From contig JAUWXQ010000001.1 of the NCBI GenBank assembly GCA_030616305.1, forward strand, positions 1 to 40,498: a DNA stretch of 40,498 nt. Reading direction: 5' to 3'. This document shows positions 32,004 through 40,498 of this stretch, piece by piece. The translations under genes were made by a program, and so were the position numbers. The first letter of the stretch is position 1. Each line of letters begins with the position of its first letter. The stretch is from Hadesarchaea archaeon. Its GTDB lineage: Archaea > Hadarchaeota > Hadarchaeia > Hadarchaeales > Hadarchaeaceae. Under the pieces are notes generated by a model, which saw only the letters and a program-made list of their open reading frames with translations, did not search any database and was not told the origin of the DNA.

Positions 32004-33997
32004 GGGAGCGGGGATTCATGCCGTTCAGCGCCGCGGGTGCCCTCATAGTGCTGCTCGTGCTCGGGATGGTCGGCCATGCTGCATGGTCGAGGCATCAGCG
32101 CTCGCTTGGCATTGTGGACGACATCTCGGACTCGGCGCTCCTGACGACTGCTGCAGGGATCCAAGGCGATCTAAAAGCCGCCCTGAAGCACGCTGTTTAC
32201 CAAGCGCTCTGGGAGGTGAGCAAGCGTGCAGACGACTACAGTGATACTCCCAGGAAGCGCGCCATCGAGCAGCTCGCAACCGCGTATTTTGCCGAGCGCG
32301 TGGCCGAAATCGGGCCGGCCTATACGTACCACGACTCGCGCGTCGAGCTGGATGTGCCGGACTCAAGCGCATGGCCCAGCATAGATCTTGAAGAAATCGA
32401 AGGAGGGTACGTACTGGCGCGGGTGGAGCTACCGGAAGGGACCAGACTAAGACTCAGGTCCCGTGACAATTCCCTCTCACTCGTGCTTTCGCTAGGATAC
32501 ATTGAAGTGTTCGTCGACTCCCGTTACTTCCTGCTCCAGGAGCGCATGGGCGAGTTCGTGGAAAGGCGCGGCGATATCTGCACTTGGTGGGGGATAGCGG
32601 AATACCTCTCAGCCTGGGGCGGGGCGTGGCTGGGCGGAAAGGTGGAGCTCAGCGATTCCCGCAGCCAAGCGTTCTTTGAAACTGCTTGGGCCATCCATGA
32701 GTTCAATACATTTGGCTCCTCCGACTACTGGGCGGCAGCGGAAGGGTTGATTGGTGCGATGGGTGTGGGTGGGGCAGGTGGTCTGCTCACTGAGTTGAAT
32801 AATCGCACCGTTGTGGTCACGCCAATCCGCGCCGCCGACGTGGACAGCATGTGTGGTTACATCGACCGTGCTCTCGGCGCTATTGGGGGTGCGACGGCCC
32901 GCCTAGAAGAAACGAAAAGATATGTCGGGCTGGCGAGGGATGCAGCAGCACGGCTCTCCGAGAACGTCGAAAATTTGGAAGAGGTGTTGGAAGACATCCG
33001 TGGGTTGCTCAGGAACGCTATCGAAAGCGTTGTGGATGCGCGAGGTGAAATTTCCGATGTGGATGAGCAGTTCGACCAATTGCTGGAATTCATCACCGAA
33101 TCCGCGCCGAACGATGTGGTGATGGCCGCCTTATACCAGAGCCTCACATCTCGGACGCTAGACGCGGGTTATCCCTCTTTGGAGGAGCAGGTGGAGTGGG
33201 GAGTAGAGGGGGCCTTGGCGAAACTCTCACAGCTGGAACGGGCCATAACCAACGCCTCAGCGGAACTCGCCGCCGGTGGACTAGGGGCCTTGCTGGACGG
33301 GCTTCTCGAGCAGGTCACAACTTCAACCGAAGGCCTGCTCTCCGAACCTAGCTCGCAACGATGGGTCACGTTCACGAGCTACGAGGGAGATCCGCCCCAA
33401 CCCATTGAGGAAAGAGCACCTGTTTACATTGACGATGAAATCAGCGGGACGATTGGCGCGCTGAAACTCGTGTTGGAAGGAGCGAAAGGCAGCCTCAACG
33501 AAATGAAGCAGCTCTCGCAATCCTACGAGCCAGTTCCCGCCGAGCTCCAAGAATTCGAGATCAGTGAAGAATTGAGTTCGAGGTTGGGGGAGAGCCCGCT
33601 GGAGTTCGACATCGACCGTGAGGAGTTTTACGAACTCCTGCCTCTCGCGCCGATCAATCCATCGCCCGGGCTCTCGGTCTTCCACGAGTTCGATGTGAGG
33701 AGCATAACTCACAGACGCGAGGATCCCGCTGGTTGGTTCGGCTCCCCCACCGCAACGCCCATCCCTCTCTGGTTCATAGGAGTCACACTCTGGTGGGGGC
33801 AGTGGGAGACCACGCTTGAGATGGAGTCCGGGGCAACCGAGAAGATATTCGACTTTGATAACCCTACGCTGCCGCGTCTTCACGGAACCGACTATGTCCA
33901 CAAATCGCTCGCGTACCGGTGGGAAATGCCCGAGGAGCCATTCAGGATAAGAGTTGTGGTAATCAGCCTGAGACCGTTTTTGATATCATGTAGGTAG
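31991..33997 (+). CDS. Large prepilin-like / pilus-associated protein
   Basis: MVAMRERGFMPFSAAGALIVLLVLGMVG has the same RG/F motif. 668 aa, acidic, helical middle region. 13-nt overlap with the upstream gene. Confidence 0.55.
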   Translation: MVAMRERGFMPFSAAGALIVLLVLGMVGHAAWSRHQRSLGIVDDISDSALLTTAAGIQGDLKAALKHAVYQALWEVSKRADDYSDTPRKRAIEQLATAYFAERVAEIGPAYTYHDSRVELDVPDSSAWPSIDLEEIEGGYVLARVELPEGTRLRLRSRDNSLSLVLSLGYIEVFVDSRYFLLQERMGEFVERRGDICTWWGIAEYLSAWGGAWLGGKVELSDSRSQAFFETAWAIHEFNTFGSSDYWAAAEGLIGAMGVGGAGGLLTELNNRTVVVTPIRAADVDSMCGYIDRALGAIGGATARLEETKRYVGLARDAAARLSENVENLEEVLEDIRGLLRNAIESVVDARGEISDVDEQFDQLLEFITESAPNDVVMAALYQSLTSRTLDAGYPSLEEQVEWGVEGALAKLSQLERAITNASAELAAGGLGALLDGLLEQVTTSTEGLLSEPSSQRWVTFTSYEGDPPQPIEERAPVYIDDEISGTIGALKLVLEGAKGSLNEMKQLSQSYEPVPAELQEFEISEELSSRLGESPLEFDIDREEFYELLPLAPINPSPGLSVFHEFDVRSITHRREDPAGWFGSPTATPIPLWFIGVTLWWGQWETTLEMESGATEKIFDFDNPTLPRLHGTDYVHKSLAYRWEMPEEPFRIRVVVISLRPFLISCR

Positions 33998-34351
33998 TGC
34001 AACGATTAATTTCTGAAGGTCGATAACACGTTTACTCAATTTTTCAAGCTCAACTTTGATTAACTCCATCTCGCGGGAAACTGAACTCATGCGCAGCGAA
34101 ACATTTTCCAGTGCTTCATCCAACTCGATTCTAAAAATACTCTGAACCTCTTTTGCTAAGCGTGAAGGCTGCGGCTCGAGTCCTGCATCATGAAACTCGG
34201 CCGCCACGCGATCGATGAGGAGCTGCACTTGGTCCCCAGGGATGCCGACACCTGAAAGCACGTCATAGATCTCGTAAGGTGGATATCCTGCACGCATCAT
34301 AGAACGAATGATGTCGGATGTGGTCAGGCTTGGCCCCAATAGTCCCGTCAA
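33986..34351 (-). CDS. Hypothetical coiled-coil protein
   Basis: 121-aa ORF with an apparent TTG start. C-terminal heptad-like segment EMELIKVELEKLSKRVIDLQKL. Confidence 0.4.
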   Translation of the reverse strand: MTGLLGPSLTTSDIIRSMMRAGYPPYEIYDVLSGVGIPGDQVQLLIDRVAAEFHDAGLEPQPSRLAKEVQSIFRIELDEALENVSLRMSSVSREMELIKVELEKLSKRVIDLQKLIVALPT

Positions 34352-34465
34352 GGCTTTGTGTGCGGGTTGTTTATAAAGGGAAAACAGCCCTACTCTTTAC
34401 TTTTTGACACGAGTTTAATTTAATATGAGCCACCGCAAAGATTAAACTGGAGGAACCTGGGCTCG

Positions 34466-34996
34466 ATGGTCAGATATCTCATCCGTGGTCTAATTGATGG
34501 TTCTCTGTCCACGCTTGGTATAGTTATCGGCGCTAGTGTCGCTATCGGACTAAGCCAGGAAGCAACACGAATTATTGTAGCAGCCGGAATTGGAGGTGGA
34601 ATCGCGAATGGACTCTCAAATATCGTCGGAGCATTCGCAGCCGAGAAAACCGTTGCTCACAAGGAACTAGAGAGTGTCGAACGAGCAATGCTCAAACGTG
34701 GCGCGATCAAGAACAGCAAGTTATACAGAAAGACAGAGGAGAGGATCCTCTCGAGTAGCGTGATAGATGGGTTGGCGACAATCGGCGGGTCGATAATCCC
34801 CGTACTGCCGTTTTTCATTCTGCCCGCGCTTCTAGCGTTGGGGTGGTCAGTAGCTGTGACACTCGCGCTCTTCTTCTCCCTCGGGATCTACATCGGCAAG
34901 GTCTCAAGGGAAAACCTCGCGCTTTCAGGCTTTAAGATGGTATTGTTTGCCGGAGCGACCGCGGGAATCGCTGCTCTGATAAAGATAGTTATGTGA
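34466..34996 (+). CDS. VIT1/CCC1-like family membrane protein
   Basis: RGLIDGSLSTLGIVIGASVA at the N-terminus plus C-terminal TM helices, typical of short archaeal VIT-family proteins. Confidence 0.6.
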   Translation: MVRYLIRGLIDGSLSTLGIVIGASVAIGLSQEATRIIVAAGIGGGIANGLSNIVGAFAAEKTVAHKELESVERAMLKRGAIKNSKLYRKTEERILSSSVIDGLATIGGSIIPVLPFFILPALLALGWSVAVTLALFFSLGIYIGKVSRENLALSGFKMVLFAGATAGIAALIKIVM

Positions 34997-34999
34997 TGT

Positions 35000-35242
35000 C
35001 TAGGTCTTCCGCCAGAGAATTTCGCCTCGTACTTCTATTTGCAATATGCGATGGTAGGGGATTTCAACCTCTCCCTCGGGCGAAACCACACGCATGAAGC
35101 CGCGTCCGAGTTTTAGGATTTCCGCACCCTCGACCGCACGTTTGTCGTCGGGGGCATCTCGGTGAATGATAGTCACCTTGGCGCTCCGTAGCTCGCTCGC
35201 GCCACCCCACTTCAGCTTGTTCAAGACCTCGCGCGGCCCCAT
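35000..35242 (-). CDS. DUF504 / MJ1316-type (RNA cyclic-end recognition domain) protein
   Basis: VLNKLKW...VTIIHRD...IPYHRILQIEVRGEILWRK. ATG at 35242; the TTG alternative is at 35263. Confidence 0.65.
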   Translation of the reverse strand: MGPREVLNKLKWGGASELRSAKVTIIHRDAPDDKRAVEGAEILKLGRGFMRVVSPEGEVEIPYHRILQIEVRGEILWRKT

Positions 35243-35283
35243 TGAATCAATCAGATTTGTCAAGGTAAGTATTTGAAATATTA

Positions 35284-35826
35284 TTACTCGCCGCTGTCCG
35301 ACTCACCCATCACGTAAAGGTAAATATTGTATTTTTCGTCCACTTTTGTAGGCGCCCATCCTTTGAATCGCCAGCGATGGGAGACGATTCGAGCACCTCG
35401 CTTGAGCTCTTGCGTGAGTTTTTTCTTCAATTTTTTGTTTCCCTGCGGTGAGAGGTAAACGGCAACGACATCTGCATCTCGGAGGCTGTGTTTGTAAAGA
35501 TCCCCCCAGATAAACTTCACCGAACTCCCGATCCTCCCCGCAGCGATTTTTAATTTGCCCAGCAAGGCCAAAAATGGATTTATCTCTATGCCGACCGAGG
35601 TGGCCCGAAATTTCCTCGCTGCAGCTATTGCTATCCTGCCATCTCCCGAGCCCAAATCGTAAACCTTCTCGCCTGGTTTGACCTCTGCGATCTCCATCAT
35701 CTTGCGCACGGTTTTCATCGGAGTTGGAGACCATATCGCCCCAGCGAAGAACGAAGCGACTAAGGAGAACAGTAGGATGAAAGAGATGAAAAGTAGCAAG
35801 AGCGCGATGAGCCACATGTGTTTCAC
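35284..35826 (-). CDS. Class I SAM-dependent methyltransferase with an N-terminal TM anchor
   Basis: Motif I VYDLGSGDGRIAIAAA. Hydrophobic N-terminus WLIALLLLFISFILLFSLV. 4-nt overlap with the upstream MBL gene. Confidence 0.7.
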   Translation of the reverse strand: MKHMWLIALLLLFISFILLFSLVASFFAGAIWSPTPMKTVRKMMEIAEVKPGEKVYDLGSGDGRIAIAAARKFRATSVGIEINPFLALLGKLKIAAGRIGSSVKFIWGDLYKHSLRDADVVAVYLSPQGNKKLKKKLTQELKRGARIVSHRWRFKGWAPTKVDEKYNIYLYVMGESDSGE

Positions 35827-36479
35827 CTGAGATCAAAGGCGATTTTAGCCATTTTCAGAATGTGTTCATGAGCGTTCTCCTCGGTGATAGGTCCGTGTCC
35901 GGGATACATCTTTTGCACTTTTAGTTTTGCCAACCGCATTATTGAATTATGAATCGCTTCTGCATTACCAGTTGGCAAGTCAACGCGGCCAATACCCTCA
36001 CTGAAAATTGTATCACCAGAGAACAAGAGTTGCTGGTTTGGTTCAAATAAGCTGATGCTACCTGCAGTGTGGCCAGGAGTATGGAGGACTTGTAACGTAA
36101 GTTCACCAAGCTTGATTAAATCACCCTCGCGAAGCTCGCGCGATACTTCAATAGGTTCAAGTATTTTCCTGCCAAATAAGCTCCCTACAAGCATGATGAT
36201 TTGGTCACCTTTTCGGAGCAACTCAGCCTCGAGCTCGTGAATAGCCATCTCGCAACCTGCTGCCTTGACGAAGTCATGGTCGCCTCCTGCGTGGTCGTAG
36301 TGACAGTGGGTGTTGATGAGGAGTTCTATGTCGTTTGGCTTTAGATTGAATTTGCCCATATTTCGCGTGACCGTTTCAAAGTTCATACCAGTTCCAGCAT
36401 CGATGAGCGCGATGACCTCGTCGATGATCAGATAAATGTTTGAGTCGAATCCCAAGCCGCCGATTTGATGGATTTGCAT
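35823..36479 (-). CDS. MBL-fold metallo-hydrolase (glyoxalase II-like)
   Basis: THCHYDHAGG (HxHxDH), HTPGHTAGS and the distal GH of PGHG. Confidence 0.8.
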   Translation of the reverse strand: MQIHQIGGLGFDSNIYLIIDEVIALIDAGTGMNFETVTRNMGKFNLKPNDIELLINTHCHYDHAGGDHDFVKAAGCEMAIHELEAELLRKGDQIIMLVGSLFGRKILEPIEVSRELREGDLIKLGELTLQVLHTPGHTAGSISLFEPNQQLLFSGDTIFSEGIGRVDLPTGNAEAIHNSIMRLAKLKVQKMYPGHGPITEENAHEHILKMAKIAFDLR

Positions 36480-36498
36480 TGAACCACACTAGTTAAAA

Positions 36499-37590
36499 TT
36501 AATGTTCAAGATTCTGCAGCCCTACCTCTTTAGCGATTTCTAGGGCCTTTCCGTACTCCTCGGAGGTTATGTGCCTGTTTATTTCGGGATATTTATCTGC
36601 CATGTAACAAGGGCGGTATTGATCCATTATGTTCGTTCTGACCATCGGGCCCAAATTATCGACTATCCACTTCAAAATCGGTTTTGTGCAGCACTCGACA
36701 TGATTGGGCATGACTAGGTGTCTAATTATGAGCTCGGAATCAGCGAACGCCAGCCGGTGGTTCCGCGCGACTATTTCGAGATATTTCGGCACTTTTGAAT
36801 AACGAAGTGCACAACTATTTTGATACCATTTGAAATCGGTAAGATAAACATCTTGAGTGCCAAATAGAAGCTTAGCGGCCTCAAGGCTATAGTACATATT
36901 GGAATTCCACACTGAACTGAGACTTACTTCACATTCGTTTAGCGTTTCTAAAATCGTGTGCAAATTAGGGTCAGGGTTACCACCAACAAAGTTTACGTTT
37001 CTTGCTCCATTTTTTCTTGCTTCTTCAGTAAGTTTAGCCAACGTTTTTGGTGAAACTTCGACCCCAGACTCAGGAAACTGGCTGATGTCCCAATTTTGGC
37101 AGAACTGACACTTGAACGTACAACCATTGAAGAAAATTGTATAAGATGGCACCAAAACACTTTCTTCCCCATGATGCATGAACTCTGAAGCTATCCGAGA
37201 CCGTTCGCCTACCCCGCACACACCGGTCTTTCCGGCTGTCCGATCGACTCCGCACCGTCGCTCGCAGAAGTGGCAGGATTTTAAAATTCTCTTGGCAAGT
37301 TCTACTTTCAGGTCGAGTAGCGAAACATCGGGCTGTTTCAGCTCTTCAAGCTTTACCTTCCCTTCATCGATGCGCGAGAGCAATCTGCGGAACTCTTTCA
37401 ATCCCCGCTCGTGAGCACGCCAGAGTTCCTCATCGCTTGTTGATAAATCAATCTTCACCTCCACACGTTTACACACGAGAAAACGTGCCGGAAGCTTACC
37501 TTCCATGACAGCGAAATAGCGAGCCAGAGACTTGCGCGCCTTTTTATCGTGAAGCACCGCCGCCGCATCCGGCCTGAAAACCCGCCACAT
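36499..37590 (-). CDS. Radical SAM protein, PflX-like (pyruvate formate-lyase activase homologue)
   Basis: GCTFKCQFCQNWDIS fits CxxxCxxC. ATG at 37590 (MWRVFRP) avoids overlap with prs; the track starts at 37710. Confidence 0.75.
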   Translation of the reverse strand: MWRVFRPDAAAVLHDKKARKSLARYFAVMEGKLPARFLVCKRVEVKIDLSTSDEELWRAHERGLKEFRRLLSRIDEGKVKLEELKQPDVSLLDLKVELAKRILKSCHFCERRCGVDRTAGKTGVCGVGERSRIASEFMHHGEESVLVPSYTIFFNGCTFKCQFCQNWDISQFPESGVEVSPKTLAKLTEEARKNGARNVNFVGGNPDPNLHTILETLNECEVSLSSVWNSNMYYSLEAAKLLFGTQDVYLTDFKWYQNSCALRYSKVPKYLEIVARNHRLAFADSELIIRHLVMPNHVECCTKPILKWIVDNLGPMVRTNIMDQYRPCYMADKYPEINRHITSEEYGKALEIAKEVGLQNLEH

Positions 37591-37648
37591 GGAGATACCT
37601 AACACAATATTTAAAGAAGTTGGTCTAAAGAATTGCGAAGGAGCTCCT

Positions 37649-38515
37649 ATGTTAGTCGTAGCAGGTTCGGCCTCGCCCAAACTCTCGGCCCGTGTAGCGA
37701 AGCAATTCAAATGTCAGCTGGTTAGACCCACGCTGTGGCGCTTCCCTGACGGCGAGCTTTACACACGGATACCCACCGAGTTGAATGGCGAGCACGCGTT
37801 GGTCGTTCAGTCGACATGCTATCCTCAAAACGACAACCTAGTCGAGCTTTGCTTCTTGCTCGGGGCTGCCAAGGATTTAGGGGCCGAGCGTGTTACCGCA
37901 ATCGTGCCATATCTCGCCTACGCTCGACAGGACAAGCAATTCAAGCCGGGGGAGGCAATAAGCATCCGCACGGTGTGCAAGTTGATCGAGCATGCGGGAG
38001 CTGACGATTTCATAACTGTCGATGTGCACCAGGAGGAGGTCACAAGAAACTTCTCGATTCCCGCCTACAACCTCACTGCGATGCCCTTGTTGGGCCGGTA
38101 CCTCAACGGGCTCAAACTCAAAAACCCTGTTGTCATAGGCGCGGACCGAGGGGCGAGCGAGCGTGCCAAGCAAATCGCGCTGGAAATGGGGGTCGAGTAC
38201 GATCACCTCGAAAAGCAAAGGGTTACCCCTGAAAAGGTCGTCACCCAACCCAAGCGCCTGAGTGTGGCCAACCGAGATGTGGTGATTGTTGACGATATCA
38301 TCAGCACGGGGGGGACCATCATAGAGGCGGCTAAAATCCTTCGGCGTCAGCATGCACGTGGTATTTACCCTGCTTGTACTCACCCCGTGCTTGCTGGGAA
38401 GGCCCTCCAGAGAATTCGGGCCGCAGGGATCAAACAGGTGATCGCTACCGACACCATAGAACATCGGGTGAGCGCGGTTTCGGTCGCACCCCTGATCGCC
38501 AACGTGATTCACTAG
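37649..38515 (+). CDS. prs: Ribose-phosphate pyrophosphokinase
   Basis: MLVVAGSASPKLS...RFPDGELYTRI and the PRPP loop VVIVDDIISTGGTIIEAA. ATG at 37649 preceded by GAAGGAG. Confidence 0.9.
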   Translation: MLVVAGSASPKLSARVAKQFKCQLVRPTLWRFPDGELYTRIPTELNGEHALVVQSTCYPQNDNLVELCFLLGAAKDLGAERVTAIVPYLAYARQDKQFKPGEAISIRTVCKLIEHAGADDFITVDVHQEEVTRNFSIPAYNLTAMPLLGRYLNGLKLKNPVVIGADRGASERAKQIALEMGVEYDHLEKQRVTPEKVVTQPKRLSVANRDVVIVDDIISTGGTIIEAAKILRRQHARGIYPACTHPVLAGKALQRIRAAGIKQVIATDTIEHRVSAVSVAPLIANVIH

Positions 38516-38524
38516 GGTCTTATC

Positions 38525-39562
38525 ATGCAAAGGTTAATGTTCGTGCTTTCAGGGGAGCACCCGACGCTCCCGGCAGCTGAGGCCGTGGCCGCCATCCAAG
38601 CTGAACATCGGGCATTTAAAATTGTCGAACAGCTCGACCAAGTGTTGATAGCCGAGACCAAGGCAAATCCAGGGTCTATTGCTTCCCGCTTGGCGATGTC
38701 TCGGGGGATATGTCTTCACCTGTGCACATCGGACGCCACCGAAGAGGAAATGCTAAGTGCAGTGGGGAGCTCAGACATAGTCGACTTGATTCCGCATGGC
38801 AAGAGCTTCGCCGTCCACATCAAACGCGTGCGAAGGAGCGCCCCCTCCATCGACACACTCGGGCTCTCGAAGCGACTCGCTGAACTCGTGGTGGGGGAAG
38901 TCGAGTTCAAGGTGGACTTAGCGCACCCAGACGTCGAGCTTCTAGGCGTGTTAACAGGTGAGCGGTGCGTGTTTGGAATAACTGCCGCGCGGGTGGATCG
39001 AAGCCAATTCATAAAACGCCACCCGACTTCTAGACCTGCTTTTCACCCGAGCACCCTCCCTCCCGCATTCGCTCGCTGCATGGTCAACTTAGCTAGGACC
39101 TCTCGTAGAGGTACCCTCCTAGATCCGTTCTGTGGGGTCGGTGGGATCCTGCTCGAGGGAGGGCTGATCGGGGCGAAGCTAGTGGGTATAGACATCGAGC
39201 GAGAGATGATCGATGGAGCCCGCCGTAATCTCGAGGCCATCGGAATAAAGGACTTCCAGCTCATGGTGGGGGACGCGCGTAAGCTCCCTGCACTTGAGGT
39301 GGACGCAATTGTGACCGATCCACCGTATGGCCGCCAAGCTACGACTGGCGGGGCTAGATTGGAGGATCTCTACAAGGAGGCGTTGCCATCGATGGCCGGG
39401 GTGCTCAAACGCAGAGGATATCTGTGTGTGACCTCACCCGCCGAGCTAGAACTCGAGGACATTGCCAACGGAGCCGGGCTGCGGAAGATAGAGCGTCATG
39501 AACAACGGGTGCATCGGAGCTTAACGCGGCGGATTTACGTATTTAGGAGGAAGAAAGGATGA
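38525..39562 (+). CDS. trm11: THUMP-domain tRNA (guanine-N2)-methyltransferase, archaeal Trm-G10/Trm11 type
   Basis: N-terminal THUMP-like half. DPFCGVGGILLEG (motif I) and VTDPPYGR (motif IV). Confidence 0.75.
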   Translation: MQRLMFVLSGEHPTLPAAEAVAAIQAEHRAFKIVEQLDQVLIAETKANPGSIASRLAMSRGICLHLCTSDATEEEMLSAVGSSDIVDLIPHGKSFAVHIKRVRRSAPSIDTLGLSKRLAELVVGEVEFKVDLAHPDVELLGVLTGERCVFGITAARVDRSQFIKRHPTSRPAFHPSTLPPAFARCMVNLARTSRRGTLLDPFCGVGGILLEGGLIGAKLVGIDIEREMIDGARRNLEAIGIKDFQLMVGDARKLPALEVDAIVTDPPYGRQATTGGARLEDLYKEALPSMAGVLKRRGYLCVTSPAELELEDIANGAGLRKIERHEQRVHRSLTRRIYVFRRKKG

Positions 39563-40470
39563 GGCTGGTTTTCCTCGGCACGAGTGGAAGTATTCCGACC
39601 GTCCAGCGAGGATTGCCTGCGATTGCCTTGAAGCGCGAGCGGGAACTCCTCCTCTTCGACTGCGCTGAGGGGACGCAACGCCAGATGGCCAGAGCAAAAC
39701 TCAGTCCCATGAAGATCGATGCAATTTTCATAACCCATTTGCACGGCGACCACTTCCTAGGGCTCGCGGGACTCGTCCAGACGATGTCGTTGATGGACCG
39801 CACGCGACCGCTCGAGGTCTACTGTCCTGCGGGCGAACGCGACCGGATCGAGAGATACCTCCAGATACCCCACTACACCCTCACCTTCGATGTTGAGGTG
39901 CACGAGCTGGAGCCCGGGGCCGAGCTCCGCCGCAAGGGCTACCGAATCCTGACATCCGATGTCGACCACCCAGTGCCCTCCCTTGCTTACGCACTGGTGG
40001 AAGACGAACGGGCCGGCCGCTTAGATCCCGAGCGAGCGGTGGCTTTGGGGGTGAAACCTGGTCCGGATTTTTCGCGCCTCAAATCAGGAGAAACCCTCAA
40101 GTTGCGCAGCGGGCAGGTGGTAAAACCTGAGCAGGTGATGGGCCCTCCACGGCCGGGACGGAAAGTGGTTTATGTGGGAGATACGGGATTCAGCAAGCAA
40201 CTCATCGAGCTTGCCAAGGGAGCCGATGTACTGATCCACGACTGTATGCTCGCAGATGATTTAGCTGATAAGGCCGCCGAGAGCGCTCACTCAACTCCCA
40301 AAGGGGCAGCTGAAATCGCGAAGCGTGCGGAGGTGAAAAGGCTCGTGCTCTTTCACATAAGCTCGAGATACGAAGACGATTCCGTACTCCTCGAGCAAGC
40401 GCGACAGGTCTTTCCGAACACGGTGGTGGCGCGCGACCTCATGGTGCTCGAATTGCCGCTTCATAAGTAG
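39559..40470 (+). CDS. rnz: Ribonuclease Z (tRNA 3' endonuclease)
   Basis: LVFLGTSGSIPT, FDCAEGTQRQM, ITHLHGDHFLGLAGL, and C-terminal H...D motifs. 4-nt overlap with trm11. Confidence 0.9.
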   Translation: MRLVFLGTSGSIPTVQRGLPAIALKRERELLLFDCAEGTQRQMARAKLSPMKIDAIFITHLHGDHFLGLAGLVQTMSLMDRTRPLEVYCPAGERDRIERYLQIPHYTLTFDVEVHELEPGAELRRKGYRILTSDVDHPVPSLAYALVEDERAGRLDPERAVALGVKPGPDFSRLKSGETLKLRSGQVVKPEQVMGPPRPGRKVVYVGDTGFSKQLIELAKGADVLIHDCMLADDLADKAAESAHSTPKGAAEIAKRAEVKRLVLFHISSRYEDDSVLLEQARQVFPNTVVARDLMVLELPLHK

Positions 40471-40498
40471 AGGGGCTCAGCTGGAGAGTAAGTTCATC

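Noticed and set aside
35303-35836. 177-aa same-strand alternative-frame ORF overlapping the SAM methyltransferase
   Set aside because: The 35284-35826 frame carries methyltransferase motif I and a TM anchor. The alternative frame is Arg/Gly-rich with no motifs.
37877-38530. 217-aa minus-strand ORF opposite prs, and similar antisense ORFs in the GC-rich right flank (31328-31669, 32043-32372, 33323-33901, 38716-39012)
   Set aside because: Long antisense ORFs are expected in GC-rich coding DNA. The sense-strand genes have clear family motifs or operon coupling.

Overview
This window looks archaeal. Evidence: class III (prepilin-type) signal peptides, a THUMP-Trm11/Trm-G10 methyltransferase, RNase Z, a DUF504/MJ1316-type protein, archaeal-style TATA boxes and a tRNA with encoded CCA. 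No tools were run; all calls come from reading motifs in the ORF track and the DNA, and compositional statements are by eye.

There are three zones.

(i) 1-12.15 kb is a cell-envelope neighbourhood. It holds a 1052-aa beta-helix/Ig-repeat surface protein with a cytoplasmic winged-helix (wHTH) tail, next to an AN1-zinc-finger rhomboid protease. It also holds an LsrF/DhnA-type aldolase, tRNA-Gly, paralogous polytopic membrane proteins, a second beta-helix protein and a prepilin-like gene.

(ii) About 12.16-30.0 kb is a visibly AT-richer, mosaic island of roughly 17.8 kb. It is bracketed by a 14/15-nt inverted repeat and appears to split a prepilin-like operon. It carries one tyrosine integrase, two serine recombinases and many nuclease or defence-type genes:
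- a TM0106-type RecB-like nuclease
- four further PD-(D/E)xK-like proteins
- a GIY-YIG protein
- an SNase-like protein
- a C5-methyltransferase module with a Mig-like HhH-GPD glycosylase
- an ATP-cone::TIR-like (Cap12/PycTIR-type) fusion protein

(iii) 30.06-40.5 kb is GC-richer. It holds five translationally coupled prepilin-like genes, then housekeeping genes: a VIT-like protein, DUF504, a SAM methyltransferase, an MBL hydrolase, a PflX-like radical SAM protein, prs, trm11 and rnz.

The best candidate for an undescribed system is the single-gene ATP-cone + TIR-like effector fusion at 26534-27298, which has no cyclase partner in the window. The next candidates are:
- a cassette-like array of nuclease genes separated by a 33-bp perfect repeat (19540-20716)
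- a two-nuclease operon (16910-19169)
- a possible rhomboid/membrane-tethered wHTH proteolysis pair (239-4676)
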